Source: Bacteroidales bacterium (GTDB taxonomy: Bacteria > Bacteroidota > Bacteroidia > Bacteroidales > JAQUTK01). Taken from it: DNA of 64,000 bases. Where the stretch lies: positions 610 through 64,609 of the forward strand of contig JAQUTK010000021.1 of NCBI GenBank assembly GCA_028709785.1. Direction: 5' to 3'. The notes beneath the pieces were generated by a model. It searched no databases. It saw only the letters and a list, made by a program, of their open reading frames with translations, and had not been told where the DNA came from. The position numbers and the translations under genes are program-made. Below, in pieces: positions 62,902 to 64,000 of this stretch; position 1 is the stretch's first letter, and every line of letters begins with the position of its first letter.

Positions 62902-64000
62902 ATGATAGAGCGTATTATTAAATTTTCAATAAAGAATAAGTTTATTATAGGCTTATTTGTAGTTGCATTAATTGGCTGGGGGGCGTACTCGCTCACTCAG
63001 TTGCCTATTGATGCAACCCCTGACATAACCAACAACCAGGTGCAGGTTATTTCGCTTGCCCCATCGTTGGCGGTTCAGGAAGTCGAGAGTTCAATTACAG
63101 CACCTATTGAGGTAGCTGTTGCCAATATCCCAAACATTATTGAGCTTCGCTCCATCTCACGGTTGGGCTTGTCGGTAACTACAATTGTGTTTAAAGACAA
63201 TGTAGATATCTACTGGGCACGGCAACAAGTAGGAGAACGTCTAAAAGAAGCCGAGGATATTATCCCGGCGGGTCTCGCAAAAATTGAGATGGCTCCTATT
63301 TCTACGGGCTTGGGTGAAATATACCAATATCGTCTTGCTGTAGAAAAGGGATATGAAACCAAATATACTCCAATGGAGTTAAGGACATTACAGGATTGGA
63401 CGGTTCGCCGCGAGATGTTGGGAACAACAGGTGTAGCTGATATTAACAGCTATGGCGGATTTGTAAAGCAATATGAAGTAGCCATAAATCCCGAGAGACT
63501 TAGAAGCATGAACCTCACACTCACCGATATTTTCGATGCACTCGAAAGAAACAACGAGAATACAGGTAGTGCCTATATTGATAAAAAGCCAACTGCTTAT
63601 TTTATCCGTGGAATTGGGTTGGTAAAATCATTAGAAGATATTGAAAAGATTGTTGTAAAGAGCAATTCATCGGGTATCCCTGTTTTAATTAGAGACATTG
63701 CCAGCGTTCAATATGGAAATTCCACACGATATGGTGCCATGGTTATTGATACTACAGAGGCTGTTGGTGGCGTGGTGATGATGCTCAAAGGAGCAAACGC
63801 CAATGAAGTTACAAAAAATGTCGAAACCCGCATTGAAACCATTCAGAAATCATTACCTAAAGGGGTGTTGATTGAACCGTTTCTTAATCGTTCTGATTTA
63901 GTGGGACGTGCTATTAGTACGGTTGCCAGAAACCTGATTGAAGGGGCATTAATTGTTATCTTCATTTTGATATTGTTTTTAGGAAATATGCGGGCAGGGC
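62902..64000 (+). CDS. Heavy-metal efflux RND permease (CusA/CzcA family), N-terminal 366 codons; 3-prime end lies outside the window
   Basis: Open frame from ATG 62902 to the window edge. MIERIIKFSIKNKF...LPIDATPDITNNQVQVIS...GLGEIYQY...AYIRG-type porter-domain motifs characteristic of HME-RND pumps. Confidence 0.9.
   Translation, partial: MIERIIKFSIKNKFIIGLFVVALIGWGAYSLTQLPIDATPDITNNQVQVISLAPSLAVQEVESSITAPIEVAVANIPNIIELRSISRLGLSVTTIVFKDNVDIYWARQQVGERLKEAEDIIPAGLAKIEMAPISTGLGEIYQYRLAVEKGYETKYTPMELRTLQDWTVRREMLGTTGVADINSYGGFVKQYEVAINPERLRSMNLTLTDIFDALERNNENTGSAYIDKKPTAYFIRGIGLVKSLEDIEKIVVKSNSSGIPVLIRDIASVQYGNSTRYGAMVIDTTEAVGGVVMMLKGANANEVTKNVETRIETIQKSLPKGVLIEPFLNRSDLVGRAISTVARNLIEGALIVIFILILFLGNMRAG

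Noticed and set aside
1-64000. Search for CRISPR arrays, tRNA and rRNA genes
   Set aside because: No regularly spaced direct repeats were seen. No cloverleaf-type GC-rich segments (for example GGTTCGAATCC-like T-arms) appear in the intergenic regions, and nothing resembles an rRNA. This is a by-eye inspection only, so a tRNAscan/Infernal run should confirm it.

Overview
The window looks like a Bacteroidota (Bacteroidales-type) chromosome. Supporting marks are TAnnTTTG -7 promoter boxes, T9SS C-terminal sorting domains, TonB-dependent receptors, BspA-type LRR proteins and the Bacteroides-typical DUF4248 / HU-like / amidase gene set. Layout by coordinate: 0-2.1 kb holds etfA and an acyl-CoA dehydrogenase. 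2.2-3.5 kb holds an amidase and an HU-like gene. 3.8-6.9 kb holds three tandem mosaic LRR paralogs. 7-10.6 kb holds a frameshifted outer-membrane barrel gene and an esterase. 11.5-16.6 kb holds two T9SS cargo genes, a 1034-aa CBM-containing protein and a CotH protein. 17-23.3 kb is housekeeping (rhomboid, rsgA, methyltransferase, FMN oxidoreductase). 23.4-29.8 kb is an accessory module (XRE HTH, T7 gp4-like primase-helicase, DUF4373, HU-like, LRR). 29.9-34.4 kb is a sharply AT-rich island carrying a GHKL-ATPase/PD-(D/E)xK fusion, a decayed DUF4375-like ORF and an OLD-type ABC-ATPase/Toprim protein; it abuts a GC-rich hsdR C-terminal relic at 34.4-34.7 kb. I read this as a candidate defence island. 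35.3-39.3 kb holds secreted hydrolases, an LRR protein and a CPBP protease. 39.5-51 kb and 56.1-58.1 kb hold a lower-GC cluster of NifX/orange-protein-like, MinD-ferredoxin, Mrp, DUF5320-like, DUF134, radical SAM, DUF89, MBL, CGGC, peroxiredoxin and ZIP genes. The five promoters of that cluster share one palindromic operator, which I consider the most interesting signal in the window. 51.2-55.9 kb holds a TonB receptor cluster linked to a Fur-family regulator. 58.2-64 kb is a heavy-metal RND efflux locus rearranged around a decayed IS110-family element. I saw no rRNA, tRNA or CRISPR array. All domain calls come from motif recognition by eye, not from database searches.
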